Shown: piece by piece, positions 48,901-57,615 of the stretch
Layout of the letters: each line of letters begins with the position of its first letter
Position numbering within the stretch: position 1 is the first letter of the stretch
Origin: Ilumatobacteraceae bacterium
GTDB lineage: Bacteria; Actinomycetota; Acidimicrobiia; Acidimicrobiales; Ilumatobacteraceae
Assembly: GCA_036804285.1 (NCBI GenBank)
Contig: DAIRSS010000001.1
Span: forward strand, 44,615-108,614
Direction: 5' to 3'
DNA length: 64,000 bases
Made by a program: the position numbers and the translations under genes
Notes under the pieces: generated by a model
Seen by the model: the letters and a program-made list of their open reading frames with translations, nothing else
Told to the model about the DNA's origin: nothing
The model's database searches: none

Positions 48901-50460
48901 CCCGTCGATCATCCACTCGACGACCTCGTTGGTCGATACGCCCGCACCCACGGCCCGTTCGTCGTGCGCCAACTCGTCGAGCGCTACCAGATCGGACTCG
49001 AACGTGCGACGGGCGTTCTCGATCGACTTGCAGCTTCGGGACGCATCGTCGACGGCGAGTTCCGCCCTCGCGGTATCGAACGCGAATGGTGCGACGCAGA
49101 GGTGTTGCGTCAGTTGCGACGCCGCTCACTCGCACTGCTGCGCAAGGAAATTGAACCCGTCGAGCAGCGCGCGTATGCGCGGTTCCTCGCCTCGTGGCAG
49201 GGCATCCCGCCGACCCAGCGCGGCCAACATGCACTCGTCGAGGCGATCTCGGTGATGCAGGGATGTGCGCTCGTCGCCTCGAGCCTCGAGACCGACGTGT
49301 TGCGCGCACGCGTGCGCGGTTATCAGTCCGTCGACTTGGATGCGCTGTGCACGAGCGGAGAAGTGGTGTGGGTTGGCTCGGGTGCGATCGGCTCCACCGA
49401 CGGACGTATCCGTCTCTATTTCGCCGATCAGTTGCCATTGCTGCGCGCCTCGGTCGAAGAACTCGAGCGACCGACGGGCGAGATCCATGACGCGATTCGC
49501 CGGATGCTCGCCGAACGTGGCGCACGATTCTTCACCCAGTTGCGCGAGGCCGCGCCACAGGCGAATGACACCGAATTGTTGACTGCGTTGTGGGATCTCG
49601 TGTGGGCGGGGGAAGTGACGAACGATTCGCTCGCGCCCCTTCGTGCATTGCTGTCTTCCAAACCCTCGCAGCGAAACGAATCGCGTAGCGGTCCGACATA
49701 TACGCGGATGGGTCGACGCTCAGGCGCCCGCCTGATGCGTTCGCGTGCCGGGACCGTGTCGCGCGTCGGACCACCAGCGGGTGCTGGTCGATGGAGTCTC
49801 GTGGCGGATCTCGCAGCTGACGTCTCGCCGACGGAGTCGTTGCACGCCACCGTCATGCAACTGCTCGAGCGCTACGGCGTGTTGACGCGAGAAGCCGTGC
49901 TCGGTGAGTCGACGCGCGGTGGGTTCGCCGGCGTGTACGGAGTGCTCAAGATGCTCGAGGAGCGTGGCACCGTTCGTCGTGGATATTTCGTCGAGGGACT
50001 CGGCGCGGCGCAGTTCGCACTACCCGGTGCCGTCGATCGCCTGCGCGCGGAACGCGAGACGGTGGACGTCGAGCTGCACCCCGATCGCGTGCCTGAACCG
50101 ATCGTGTTGTCTGCCACCGATCCCGCCCAGCCGTATGGCTCGACGATGGATTGGCCGACGACGACGGGTCGACCTTCGCGCAGCGCCGGTGCGCTCGTCG
50201 TGATCGAAGCGGGTGATCCACTCGTGTGGTTCGACGTTCGCAGTCACCATCTGGTGGTGTTCGATGCTGCCCTCGAGCGCTTGGGTTGGATCGAAGCACT
50301 CGAGAGTGCGACGAAAGACGGTCGCATGTCGCGACTCGAAGTGCGCAAGGTCAACGGCTCGTCGATCAATGACGAAGACGTCGTCGTCGATGCGGTTCGC
50401 GCTGCGCTCGTGCAGGCTGGCTTCACTCCTGGTTATCGAGGATTCGTCAAGCTCGACTGA
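45934..50460 (+). CDS. lhr: Lhr-type large ATP-dependent helicase
   Basis: 1508 aa. CAPTGSGKT, DEIH, SLELGID, an SF2 core and the long Lhr C-terminal extension. Confidence 0.93.
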   Translation: MADHQVLEGFSKSVSAWFASSFPQPTTPQIEGWPHIRNGEHTLICAPTGSGKTLTAFLSCIDHLVSDPLPPNIQRTRVLYISPLRALAFDVEKNLRAPIVGIQHAAERLGEMFVEPTVGIRTGDTSSKERKQLVRNPPDILITTPESLFLMLTSAARETLANVDTVIIDEIHALAPTKRGAHLMVSLERLEEITTKPFQRIGLSATQRPLEEVARFLGGSRDGMARKVQIVNAGVRKELDVQVVVAVEDMGDLGKPTTELRSGPATAALTERRSSIWPSVYPKILDLVLEHKSTIIFCNARRQAERLAANINELAVERGVGGSGVHELVKAHHGSLAREQRVIIEDQLKRGELRALVATSSLELGIDMGAVDLVIQVESPGAVSRGMQRVGRAGHQVGQPSIGKMFPKHRHDLLEAAIVSKRMMTGEIESTRFLRNPLDVLAQQIVAHVAMNPQITRGALATLLRRCANFADLSDDVLTNVLDLLSGRYPSQEFAELKPRLVWDRIEDTLRAREGAQRLAVTNGGTIPDRGLFGVFLPDGTRVGELDEEMVYETRPGETFILGASTWRIEDITFDRVTVSPAPGQQGKMPFWHGDGPGRPLELGRAFGEFIRTIRERDGANAYDELVGRHGLDDLAARNVVQYLAEQAEATGSVPNDRTIVVERFRDDLGDWRVCIHSPFGTPVHAPWAMAIQHRLSTRFEVPVDTMWSDDGIVIRLPEAMEELSVDDIALDPTEVHDVVVATLPQTSLFAARFRECAARALLLPRRRPGQRTPLWQQRQRAADLLAVAAKYPTFPILLETSRECIQDVFDVPALAEVLTQLHSRAIALVTVDTPKPSPFAQSLLFNWIATYMYEGDAPLAERRAAALSLDRDLLNDLLGTQELRELLDPQVLIDVECELQCLVESRQAKSSDEVHDLLRRLGDLTLEEIELRSIGDAQAMVDGLVADMRAIAVQIGGEERLIAAEDAARYRDALGCALPLGLPSAFTDPVDHPLDDLVGRYARTHGPFVVRQLVERYQIGLERATGVLDRLAASGRIVDGEFRPRGIEREWCDAEVLRQLRRRSLALLRKEIEPVEQRAYARFLASWQGIPPTQRGQHALVEAISVMQGCALVASSLETDVLRARVRGYQSVDLDALCTSGEVVWVGSGAIGSTDGRIRLYFADQLPLLRASVEELERPTGEIHDAIRRMLAERGARFFTQLREAAPQANDTELLTALWDLVWAGEVTNDSLAPLRALLSSKPSQRNESRSGPTYTRMGRRSGARLMRSRAGTVSRVGPPAGAGRWSLVADLAADVSPTESLHATVMQLLERYGVLTREAVLGESTRGGFAGVYGVLKMLEERGTVRRGYFVEGLGAAQFALPGAVDRLRAERETVDVELHPDRVPEPIVLSATDPAQPYGSTMDWPTTTGRPSRSAGALVVIEAGDPLVWFDVRSHHLVVFDAALERLGWIEALESATKDGRMSRLEVRKVNGSSINDEDVVVDAVRAALVQAGFTPGYRGFVKLD

Positions 50461-50466
50461 AGTGCG

Positions 50467-50736
50467 TCACACGCCGCGTTCGCGGTCGTCCCGCTCGGCA
50501 GCCTTGATCGCGTATCCGAGGACGATCGCCGGTGCGAGCAGGATCGATCCAACGATGAGTCCTCCGGTTGCGAGCCTGCCGATCATCGGCGTGAAGTCGG
50601 CAACGAGGCCGTACGTCACTGCTGCGATCGAGACCCCGAACGCCCCATAGCCGGCACGGTTTGCACGTGCGGTCCAGCGGGCGATGACGGCGCGCCGGAG
50701 ACGAACCGGATCGGACTGAGATGGGGTGGAGGTCAT
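50467..50736 (-). CDS. hypothetical small membrane protein (2 TM)
   Basis: From the ATG at 50736 there are 89 aa with two hydrophobic segments. The longer 152-aa track ORF would overlap the crotonase gene. Confidence 0.4.
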   Translation of the reverse strand: MTSTPSQSDPVRLRRAVIARWTARANRAGYGAFGVSIAAVTYGLVADFTPMIGRLATGGLIVGSILLAPAIVLGYAIKAAERDDRERGV

Positions 50737-50749
50737 AGCCTGAAATCCC

Positions 50750-51505
50750 ATGGTAGAGGGCACGTCCAGCGAATCTCCGTTGAGCGTCGAGGTGCGCTCG
50801 AACGTGATGATCCTCACGATGACGAGGCCCTCTCGCCGCAACGCGGTGAACCTCGAGATGCTGCACGCCTTCGCCGATGCATTCGACCAGGCACGCGCGA
50901 AGTCGATTCGGGTGATTCTGCTCACCGGTGTCGATCCTTCGTTCAGTGCGGGTGCCGACCTCGCCGGCGTGAAGGAGGACGACTTTCAAGACGCATTGCA
51001 TGGCGTGTTGAAGTCGTTCGTCGACCCGAAAGTCGTCACGGTCGCGTACGTCAACGGTCATGCACTCGGCGCGGGTGCCCAGTTGATGGCCGCTTGCGAC
51101 GTGCGAATGGCTGCGCCGACCGCAGTCGTCGGGATTCCCGCCGCCAAGCTCGGACTCGTCGTCAACCACTGGACGATCGAGCGACTCGTGCGCGAGTTCT
51201 CGTGGCCGGTTGCGCGCAACATGTTGCTGACGGCTGCAACCTATGACGCCGAAGCGTTGCATGCGATCGGATCGATCCAACGCTTGGGCACGCTCGAAGA
51301 GGCAATTGCGTGGGCAACAGAGATCGCAGAACTCGCCCCGCTGACACAGTTCGGACACAAGCTCGCACTCGAGTCGACTGCTGGTGAACCGGACGTGGAT
51401 GATCTCGTCGTGATTGCGAGAAAGCGCGCGATCGAGAGCAACGACGTGACCGAAGGTAGGGCCGCGTTTGCCGAGAAGCGAAAGCCGAAGTTCACCGGGT
51501 CATGA
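50750..51505 (+). CDS. enoyl-CoA hydratase/isomerase (crotonase) family protein
   Basis: TMTRPSRRNAVN, FSAGADL and GHALGAGAQL oxyanion-hole blocks. Confidence 0.85.
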   Translation: MVEGTSSESPLSVEVRSNVMILTMTRPSRRNAVNLEMLHAFADAFDQARAKSIRVILLTGVDPSFSAGADLAGVKEDDFQDALHGVLKSFVDPKVVTVAYVNGHALGAGAQLMAACDVRMAAPTAVVGIPAAKLGLVVNHWTIERLVREFSWPVARNMLLTAATYDAEALHAIGSIQRLGTLEEAIAWATEIAELAPLTQFGHKLALESTAGEPDVDDLVVIARKRAIESNDVTEGRAAFAEKRKPKFTGS

Positions 51506-52140
51506 GCGTCGTCGAGTTCTCCGACGTCGTCGTCACCTACGACGGCTACCCGGCACTCGCCGGCGTGTCTGCCCGTATCGAGACCGGTCAGATAGTCCTC
51601 GTGCGCGGAGAAAATGGTGCGGGTAAGTCAACGCTGTTGCGCACGATTGCCGGTCTCTTGCCCGTCGAGCGAGGGACTGCAACCGTGCTCGGAATCGACG
51701 TGGCTCACCATCGTGAGGCGGTGCGCGCACGAATCGGCATGCTCTCTCATCGAAATGGTCTGTTCATGGATCTCACCGCGCGCGACAACGTCGAGTTTTG
51801 GGCGCGTTGCGTCGGCGCGACGGATTCGGACGTCGACGACGCACTGGGTCGTATGCGCATCGGACGGGAGCTTTCCTCGACACTCGTGACGAAGTTGTCG
51901 GCGGGGCAGCGACGCAGGGTCGCCCTTGCCTCACTCGTCGTCCGTCGCGCAGAGCTGTGGTTGTTGGACGAGCCACACTCGGGACTCGACGAGCAATCCC
52001 GTGCGGATCTCGATGCGGTGCTGCTCGAGGCATCGCGAGCGGGGGCGACCATCGTGGTCGCGTCACACGACACCGATCGAGTCACCAAGTTTGCGAACTC
52101 GACGATCATGTTGGCTTCGGGACGGACGGTTGCGTCGTGA
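51502..52140 (+). CDS. ccmA: heme exporter ATP-binding protein CcmA
   Basis: GENGAGKSTLLR, LSAGQRRRVALA and LLDEP. The ATGA overlaps the crotonase stop. Confidence 0.85.
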   Translation: MSVVEFSDVVVTYDGYPALAGVSARIETGQIVLVRGENGAGKSTLLRTIAGLLPVERGTATVLGIDVAHHREAVRARIGMLSHRNGLFMDLTARDNVEFWARCVGATDSDVDDALGRMRIGRELSSTLVTKLSAGQRRRVALASLVVRRAELWLLDEPHSGLDEQSRADLDAVLLEASRAGATIVVASHDTDRVTKFANSTIMLASGRTVAS

Positions 52141-52829
52141 GCGGGATCGGAACGTCGCACGTCGCGCGGATGATCGCGCGCAAGGACCTCACGATCGAGT
52201 GGCGTGGGCGAGTCCTCCTGAACCAAGTCGTACCCTTCGCTGCACTCGTGATGGTGATGTTCGCTTTCGCCCTCGACGGAGATGACGTCTTGCAGCGCGC
52301 GGCGAGCGGGCTGTCGTGGATGGCAACCGTGCTGTCGATGTTCGTCGTGATTTCGCGATCGTTCCTCGTCGATACCGAGGACGGAGCGATGGATGCGATG
52401 AAGGTGGCGGGTCTCGACATGCGTGGTGTGTACGTCGGCAAGAGCGTCGCGTTGTTCGCACAGCTCCTCGTACTCAACGTCGTCTTGATCGCGTTGTCGC
52501 TCCTGCTGTACCACGTGTCGTTGTCGGTGGAGTCGGCGATCCTTCTTGCATGCGTCGTCGTCAGTGCGACGGCGGGACTTGCCTTCGTCGGGGTGTTGTA
52601 CGGCGCACTGGCATCGGCATCGAAGGGTCGCGAAACGCTGTTGCCGCTCCTCGTCTTGCCGGTCGTGGCCCCCGTCGTGATCGGCGCCGCCCGGGCGACC
52701 GAGTCGGCGTACGGCACGGTCGGGGCACGGGTGAGTGAGGGCTGGCCGTGGGTTGGCCTCCTTGCCGTGTTCGCGGTGGCGTTTGCCATAGCGGGTCTGT
52801 TGTCCTTTCCGTCCCTGATTGAGGAATGA
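52137..52829 (+). CDS. ccmB: heme exporter permease CcmB
   Basis: The GTG at 52137 (GTGA overlap with ccmA) gives about 230 aa with 6 TM segments, starting ARKDLTIEWR, which is CcmB-like. Confidence 0.8.
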   Translation: MSGIGTSHVARMIARKDLTIEWRGRVLLNQVVPFAALVMVMFAFALDGDDVLQRAASGLSWMATVLSMFVVISRSFLVDTEDGAMDAMKVAGLDMRGVYVGKSVALFAQLLVLNVVLIALSLLLYHVSLSVESAILLACVVVSATAGLAFVGVLYGALASASKGRETLLPLLVLPVVAPVVIGAARATESAYGTVGARVSEGWPWVGLLAVFAVAFAIAGLLSFPSLIEE

Positions 52830-52838
52830 TTGGGAGCC

Positions 52839-53588
52839 ATGTCTCTTTCCCCCACGACCGCGGCAGCCAAGGGTGTCGGCACGCCGACCACGAGGCTCGT
52901 CGGAGCGATCGCACTCGTGGCGATGGCCTGGGTGGTCTTCGGTGGATTGATCGCCACGCCACCTGAAGTGACGCAGGGCGAGTCCGTTCGAATCATGTAC
53001 GTGCACGTGCCCTCCGCGTGGGTGGCCTATCTCGCATTCATCACGACCGCCGTTGCTTCGGCTTCGTATCTCCTCTCCAAGCGCCGTTCGCTCGGTTTCG
53101 ATCGTGTCGCCGGTGCCTCGGCCGAAGTCGGCGTCGTGTTCATGGGGATCACGCTCGTGAGCGGGAGCCTGTGGGGTCGACTCACGTGGGGAACGTTCTG
53201 GCAATGGGATCCACGGCTCACCACGACCTCGTTTTTGTTCGTGACGTATCTCGGGTATCTCGCGGTGCGCGGTCTCGGTGGCACGCAGCACCAGCGCGCC
53301 AAGCGCAGTGCGATCCTCGCTCTGCTCGCCGTGCTCGAGATTCCTCTCGTGCACTTCAGCGTGGTCTTGTGGCGATCGCTGCACCAGCGTGCGAGCGTGC
53401 TCAGCACCGATGGCGACGTGAAGATGGATGGTCTCATGTTGTTCACCCTGCTCGTCGGGGTCGTTGCATTCACTGCAACGTTCGCGTGGCTCGTCATGCA
53501 CCGTCAGCGCGTGTTCGCGATGCGCGACGTCGTCGAGTCGCGCCGGCTCGACGTGGCGATCTCGCAACGCACGGGATCGGGGAGTTGA
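52839..53588 (+). CDS. ccmC: heme exporter / heme lyase component CcmC
   Basis: WGTFWQWDPRLT tryptophan-rich (WWD) motif and flanking conserved His residues. A TTG at 52830 is an alternative start. Confidence 0.9.
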   Translation: MSLSPTTAAAKGVGTPTTRLVGAIALVAMAWVVFGGLIATPPEVTQGESVRIMYVHVPSAWVAYLAFITTAVASASYLLSKRRSLGFDRVAGASAEVGVVFMGITLVSGSLWGRLTWGTFWQWDPRLTTTSFLFVTYLGYLAVRGLGGTQHQRAKRSAILALLAVLEIPLVHFSVVLWRSLHQRASVLSTDGDVKMDGLMLFTLLVGVVAFTATFAWLVMHRQRVFAMRDVVESRRLDVAISQRTGSGS

Positions 53589-53590
53589 CG

Positions 53591-53725
53591 ATGGAAGACA
53601 TCGGTTTCATCGCCACCTCGTACGTGATCACCTTCGCCGCGCTGCTCGGACTCGTCGTCTCGACGTGGAAAGCGGGCAAGAAGTTGTCGCAACAGGTTGC
53701 CGATGAGGACAAGCCATGGACCTGA
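53591..53725 (+). CDS. ccmD: heme exporter protein CcmD (44 aa)
   Basis: Hand translation gives MEDIGFIATSYVITFAALLGLVVSTWKAGKKLSQQVADEDKPWT, a single TM with a basic tail. Position between ccmC and ccmE fits. In the track it is hidden inside a longer out-of-context ORF. Confidence 0.55.
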   Translation: MEDIGFIATSYVITFAALLGLVVSTWKAGKKLSQQVADEDKPWT

Positions 53726-54201
53726 CCCCACGAACCTCGGCGGACAATGCACCGCTCGCGCCGAGGAAGCGCAAGTCGACCTGGACGGCAATCGCCGTGC
53801 TCGCCGTGATCGTCGTCGCTGGTGGCGTGATCGTCTCGCAGTTCCTCACGAGTGCGATCGACTACTACTGCAATGCCGATGAGGTCGGTGTGCGCGAAGG
53901 GTGTGAAGCCGATCGTCGCATTCGCATCCAGGGCACGGTGGACGAGGGATCACTGCAGTCTGCGGCAGGTTCGACGTCGTTCAGCCTCAGCTTCAACGAC
54001 GCAACGATCAACGTGGTCTACGAGGGTGATCCCGGCGGCATCTTCCAAGAGTGCATTCCCGTCGTCGCACACGGTCGCTTGGTCGGCGAGACGTTCCAGG
54101 CGAACCGCATCGAAGTTCGCCACTCGAACGAGTACATGGCAGACAACGCCGACCGAGTAAACGAAGCGGAGGCTCAGGCGTGTTCGCAGCAGACGGGCTG
54201 A
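53716..54201 (+). CDS. ccmE: cytochrome c-type biogenesis heme chaperone CcmE
   Basis: N-terminal TM anchor, an OB-fold-like body and a C-terminal RHSNEY (HxxxY heme-binding motif). Confidence 0.85.
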   Translation: MDLTPRTSADNAPLAPRKRKSTWTAIAVLAVIVVAGGVIVSQFLTSAIDYYCNADEVGVREGCEADRRIRIQGTVDEGSLQSAAGSTSFSLSFNDATINVVYEGDPGGIFQECIPVVAHGRLVGETFQANRIEVRHSNEYMADNADRVNEAEAQACSQQTG

Positions 54202-56117
54202 GCGGCCCGATCGGTCGCGGATTCCTCCTCGTCGGCGTCGTCGCATCGCTGTTCGGAGCGCTCGCCTCGATCTCCGCCGCACGAACCGGCGACAAGAACG
54301 TCTCGAAGCTGATTCCGCGCTTTGCGGTGCTGCTCGTCGTCGCGGCAACCGGTGCATTCGCGGCGATGGAGTACGCGATGATCACCCGCGATTTCTCCCT
54401 TGCCTACGTGCAGAAGGTGGGGAGTTGGTCGACGCCTGCGCTCTACAACTTCGCCGCGGTGTGGAGCGCCCTCGAGGGATCGATCTTGATGTGGGTCGTC
54501 ATCCTCGCCGGCTACACAGGAGCCGTTGCGTACTGGGTTCGCAAACACCGTGAGGATGCGCTCTCGCAAGTCGCCCTCGCGGTGATGTTCATCGTCTCGT
54601 TGTTCTTCTTCGTGCTCTCCTTCGGACCGGCGAACCCCTTCGTCGAGGGGCCGCCTGGTGTGCTCGACGGGCCAGGGCCGAATCCGTTGTTGCAGAACCA
54701 CATCCTCGTGATGTTCCATCCACCGCTTCTGTATCTCGGCTACGTCGGCATGACGGTGCCGTTCGCATTCGCGATCGCAGCGCTCGTGACCGGTCGTCTC
54801 GGTGAGGGGTGGTTGCTTGCCACGCGACGCTGGACGTTGTTCGCGTTTGGTTTCCTCACCTTCGGCATCATCCTGGGAAGTTGGTGGAGCTACGAGGTGC
54901 TCGGGTGGAGCGGTGTGTGGGCATGGGACCCGGTGGAAAACGCATCTCTCCTGCCGTGGATCACCGCGACCGCCTACATCCACTCGGTACTCGTGCAGGA
55001 GCGCAGGGGAATGTTGCGCGTCTGGAACCTGTCGCTCCTCGTCTCGACGTTCAGCTTGACCATCCTCGGCACGTTCCTCACTCGCTCCGGCGTGTTGAAC
55101 AGCGTGCACGCGTTCTCGGAGAGCTCGATCGGACCGTGGCTCCTCACGTTCTTTGCGATCATCGTCATCGTGTCGATCGCCCTCATCGGGTGGCGCGGCG
55201 ACATGCTGCACGCACCTGGTGCGATCGAGTCCCCGCTGTCGCGCGAAGGTGCATTCCTCGCCAACAACCTGCTGTTCAGCCTCTTCGCCTTCGTCGTGTT
55301 GCTCGGAACGGTGTTCCCGCTCGTCGTCGAGGCGCTGCAGAACCGCACGCTCGTCGTCGGTGAACCGTTCTTCGATCGGCTGACGATTCCGATCGGACTT
55401 GCGATGCTCACGATCATGGCGATCGCGCCCGTGTTGCCGTGGCGCCGCACGTCGGCCGAGACGTTGTCGAAGCGTCTGCTGTGGCCGGCGTGGATCGGTG
55501 TCGGGTCACTCGTCGTGGCGGTGTTGCTCGGTGCGACGGGAATCTGGCCACTTGCAACCTTTGCCCTCGGTGGTTTTGCGGCGGGATCTGCGTTGCGTCA
55601 TCTCGCGCTGTCGGTGCGCCGACACAACGTGCTCGGTCTCGTCGGTCGTGCCAACGGCGGAATGATCGTGCACCTCGGTGTCATCCTGATCGCCGTCTCG
55701 CTTGCGGCGTCCAACAGCTACACGCACAGCCAGGAGTTGTCGCTCGAAGTCGGCAAGACCGCGACGTTCTCGGGCCACACGTTCGAGTTGATCGACGTCG
55801 TCGAAGTGCAGACCGATCGTGCGACGAGCGTGAAGGCACTCGTGTCGGTCGACGGGGGCAAGCCGTATGCACCGGCGATCACGAAGTTCACGAAGGTCGG
55901 CATGAACGTCGGAACCCCGAGCGTGCGCACGGGACTTGCCCGCGACGTGTATCTCACGCTCGAACCACCGGTTCGTCAGGACTCCGGCAAGGCCACCATC
56001 AAGGTGTTCATCAAGCCGATGATCCTGTGGTTGTGGATCGCTGGTGGAGTGATGGCCCTCGGCACCGTGCTCGCCCTCGTTCCGTCGAAGCGCCGACGTG
56101 AGGATGACGAGTCGTGA
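54180..56117 (+). CDS. ccmF: cytochrome c heme lyase subunit CcmF
   Basis: WSGVWAWDPVENASLLPW WWD motif and a polytopic protein of about 645 aa. The GTG at 54180 has GGAGG 7 nt upstream. The track ORF start at 54051 lies inside ccmE. Confidence 0.9.
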   Translation: MFAADGLSGPIGRGFLLVGVVASLFGALASISAARTGDKNVSKLIPRFAVLLVVAATGAFAAMEYAMITRDFSLAYVQKVGSWSTPALYNFAAVWSALEGSILMWVVILAGYTGAVAYWVRKHREDALSQVALAVMFIVSLFFFVLSFGPANPFVEGPPGVLDGPGPNPLLQNHILVMFHPPLLYLGYVGMTVPFAFAIAALVTGRLGEGWLLATRRWTLFAFGFLTFGIILGSWWSYEVLGWSGVWAWDPVENASLLPWITATAYIHSVLVQERRGMLRVWNLSLLVSTFSLTILGTFLTRSGVLNSVHAFSESSIGPWLLTFFAIIVIVSIALIGWRGDMLHAPGAIESPLSREGAFLANNLLFSLFAFVVLLGTVFPLVVEALQNRTLVVGEPFFDRLTIPIGLAMLTIMAIAPVLPWRRTSAETLSKRLLWPAWIGVGSLVVAVLLGATGIWPLATFALGGFAAGSALRHLALSVRRHNVLGLVGRANGGMIVHLGVILIAVSLAASNSYTHSQELSLEVGKTATFSGHTFELIDVVEVQTDRATSVKALVSVDGGKPYAPAITKFTKVGMNVGTPSVRTGLARDVYLTLEPPVRQDSGKATIKVFIKPMILWLWIAGGVMALGTVLALVPSKRRREDDES

Positions 56118-56662
56118 GCGAATCCCGCAAGATCGCACCGCGTGTCGCAATCGTTGCGGCGGTCCTCGCCGTTGCGTTCATCGTGGTGCTCATCGTGGCC
56201 AGTCCCGATTCCCAGACCGATGCGGAGTCGCCGTTGCTCGGCAACCCCGCACCAGCGATCGTCACGACGACGATCGAGGATCAGACCTTCGACCTCGCAC
56301 GCCGCAAGGGCAGTTGGGTCGTCTTGAACTTCTTCAACTCGACGTGCGTGCCGTGCAGGGCGGAACATCCGGAATTGCTCGCCTTCGCCGACGCACAGGC
56401 ATCGAGCGATCAACCCGTCGAGTTGTACACGGTGATCAACGACGACTCCGACGGTGCGGTCAAGGCGTACTTCGACGAACACGGTGGTTCATGGCCGAAG
56501 TTGCGAGACGACAATGGCTCGATCGCGGTCGCCTTCGGTGTTGCGCGCGTACCCGAGACGTGGATCATCGACCCGAACGGTTTCGTTCGCCTGCGCATCG
56601 CCGGCAAGTTGACCGAAGGCCTGCTCGATGAACAGCTCGCACTCCTGCAGGGTCAGTCGTGA
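56114..56662 (+). CDS. ccmG: thiol:disulfide oxidoreductase CcmG/DsbE (TlpA family)
   Basis: TM anchor and a thioredoxin fold with NFFNSTCVPCRAEHP (CxxC). Confidence 0.85.
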   Translation: MSESRKIAPRVAIVAAVLAVAFIVVLIVASPDSQTDAESPLLGNPAPAIVTTTIEDQTFDLARRKGSWVVLNFFNSTCVPCRAEHPELLAFADAQASSDQPVELYTVINDDSDGAVKAYFDEHGGSWPKLRDDNGSIAVAFGVARVPETWIIDPNGFVRLRIAGKLTEGLLDEQLALLQGQS

Positions 56663-57615
56663 CGGCGTCCGTGCGCAGGGTCCTGTGGGCCGCAGCAGCG
56701 GTGATCGCAGTGGCATTCCTCGTCGTCGGCTCGACGCGCACCGCAGAGCCGCGCACGCAACAGGACCGCATCGATGCGATCTCCAAGCGGCTTGCATGTC
56801 CGACCTGTCAGGGGGAGAGCATCTACGTTTCCCGCGCACCAGCAGCGGAGTCGGTGCGAGCAGAAATCGCGCGTCAGGTCGCCAGCGCACAGCGCACCGA
56901 TGACGAGATCATCGCCTACATCGAGGACAGGTTCGGGAGTTCGGTGTTGCTCGTGCCTCGTTCGGATGGCCTCGACGCACTGATCTGGGTGCTTCCGGTG
57001 ACCATCGGAATCCTCGGCATCGGTGGACTCTGGTTGCTCTTCGTGCGCTGGAAGCGGCAGCAGTCGACGGAAGTGACCTCGCAGCCCAAGGCATCGCGTC
57101 GGCGAAGTGTGATCGTCGTCGGCGTGGTCGTCGTCGCCGTCGGTGCAGGTTGGTTCGTCGCCAATTCGGCCGGTCAGCGACTCCCCGGACAGAGCGTGTC
57201 GGGCGGCATCGAGGACTCGACCGCATCGTTGCTCTCGCAGGCGCGACAGCTGAACTTCTCCGATCCCGAACAGTCGATCGAGTTGTACTCACAGGTGCTC
57301 GAGATCAATCCCGACAACGTCGAGGCGCTGACCTATCGCTCGTGGCTCGTCGCCCTCGTCGCGCGCGAGGCAACCGACGACGTGAAGCTGATTGCCGTTG
57401 CAACCTCGCTCGAGGGTCTGCAACGCGCGATCGAGATCGATCCGCAGTATGCGGATGCGCACTGCTTCATGGGGATCGTCAAGTTCCGCTTCGCAGGTGA
57501 TGCGCAAGGTGCGCGCGAGGCACTCGACGTGTGCGAGGCGAACAATCCACCGGCTGAAGTTGCCGGGTTCGTCGATTCGATCAGGGCAGAGGTCGACGCC
57601 GCACTAGGCGAGTGA
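56659..57615 (+). CDS. ccmH: CcmH with a C-terminal TPR (CcmI-like) extension
   Basis: LACPTCQGESIYVS (CcmH CxxC motif), a TM segment and then TPR-like repeats (YSQVLEINPDNVEALTYRSW...). Confidence 0.8.
   Translation: MTASVRRVLWAAAAVIAVAFLVVGSTRTAEPRTQQDRIDAISKRLACPTCQGESIYVSRAPAAESVRAEIARQVASAQRTDDEIIAYIEDRFGSSVLLVPRSDGLDALIWVLPVTIGILGIGGLWLLFVRWKRQQSTEVTSQPKASRRRSVIVVGVVVVAVGAGWFVANSAGQRLPGQSVSGGIEDSTASLLSQARQLNFSDPEQSIELYSQVLEINPDNVEALTYRSWLVALVAREATDDVKLIAVATSLEGLQRAIEIDPQYADAHCFMGIVKFRFAGDAQGAREALDVCEANNPPAEVAGFVDSIRAEVDAALGE

Noticed and set aside
45688-48972. 428-aa and 634-aa minus-strand ORFs, plus the 459-aa alternative plus frame at 45981-47360
   Set aside because: They are antisense to, or out of frame with, the 1508-aa Lhr helicase gene. 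Their translations are low complexity.
54051-54179. N-terminal extension of ccmF in the track ORF
   Set aside because: It lies inside ccmE in another frame. The GTG at 54180 has a GGAGG at proper spacing, and the CcmF-like hydrophobic N-terminus starts there.
51747-55211. 606-aa, 296-aa and 345-aa minus-strand ORFs across the ccm cluster
   Set aside because: They are antisense to ccmA-ccmF and their sequences are dominated by Arg, His, Asp and Glu.
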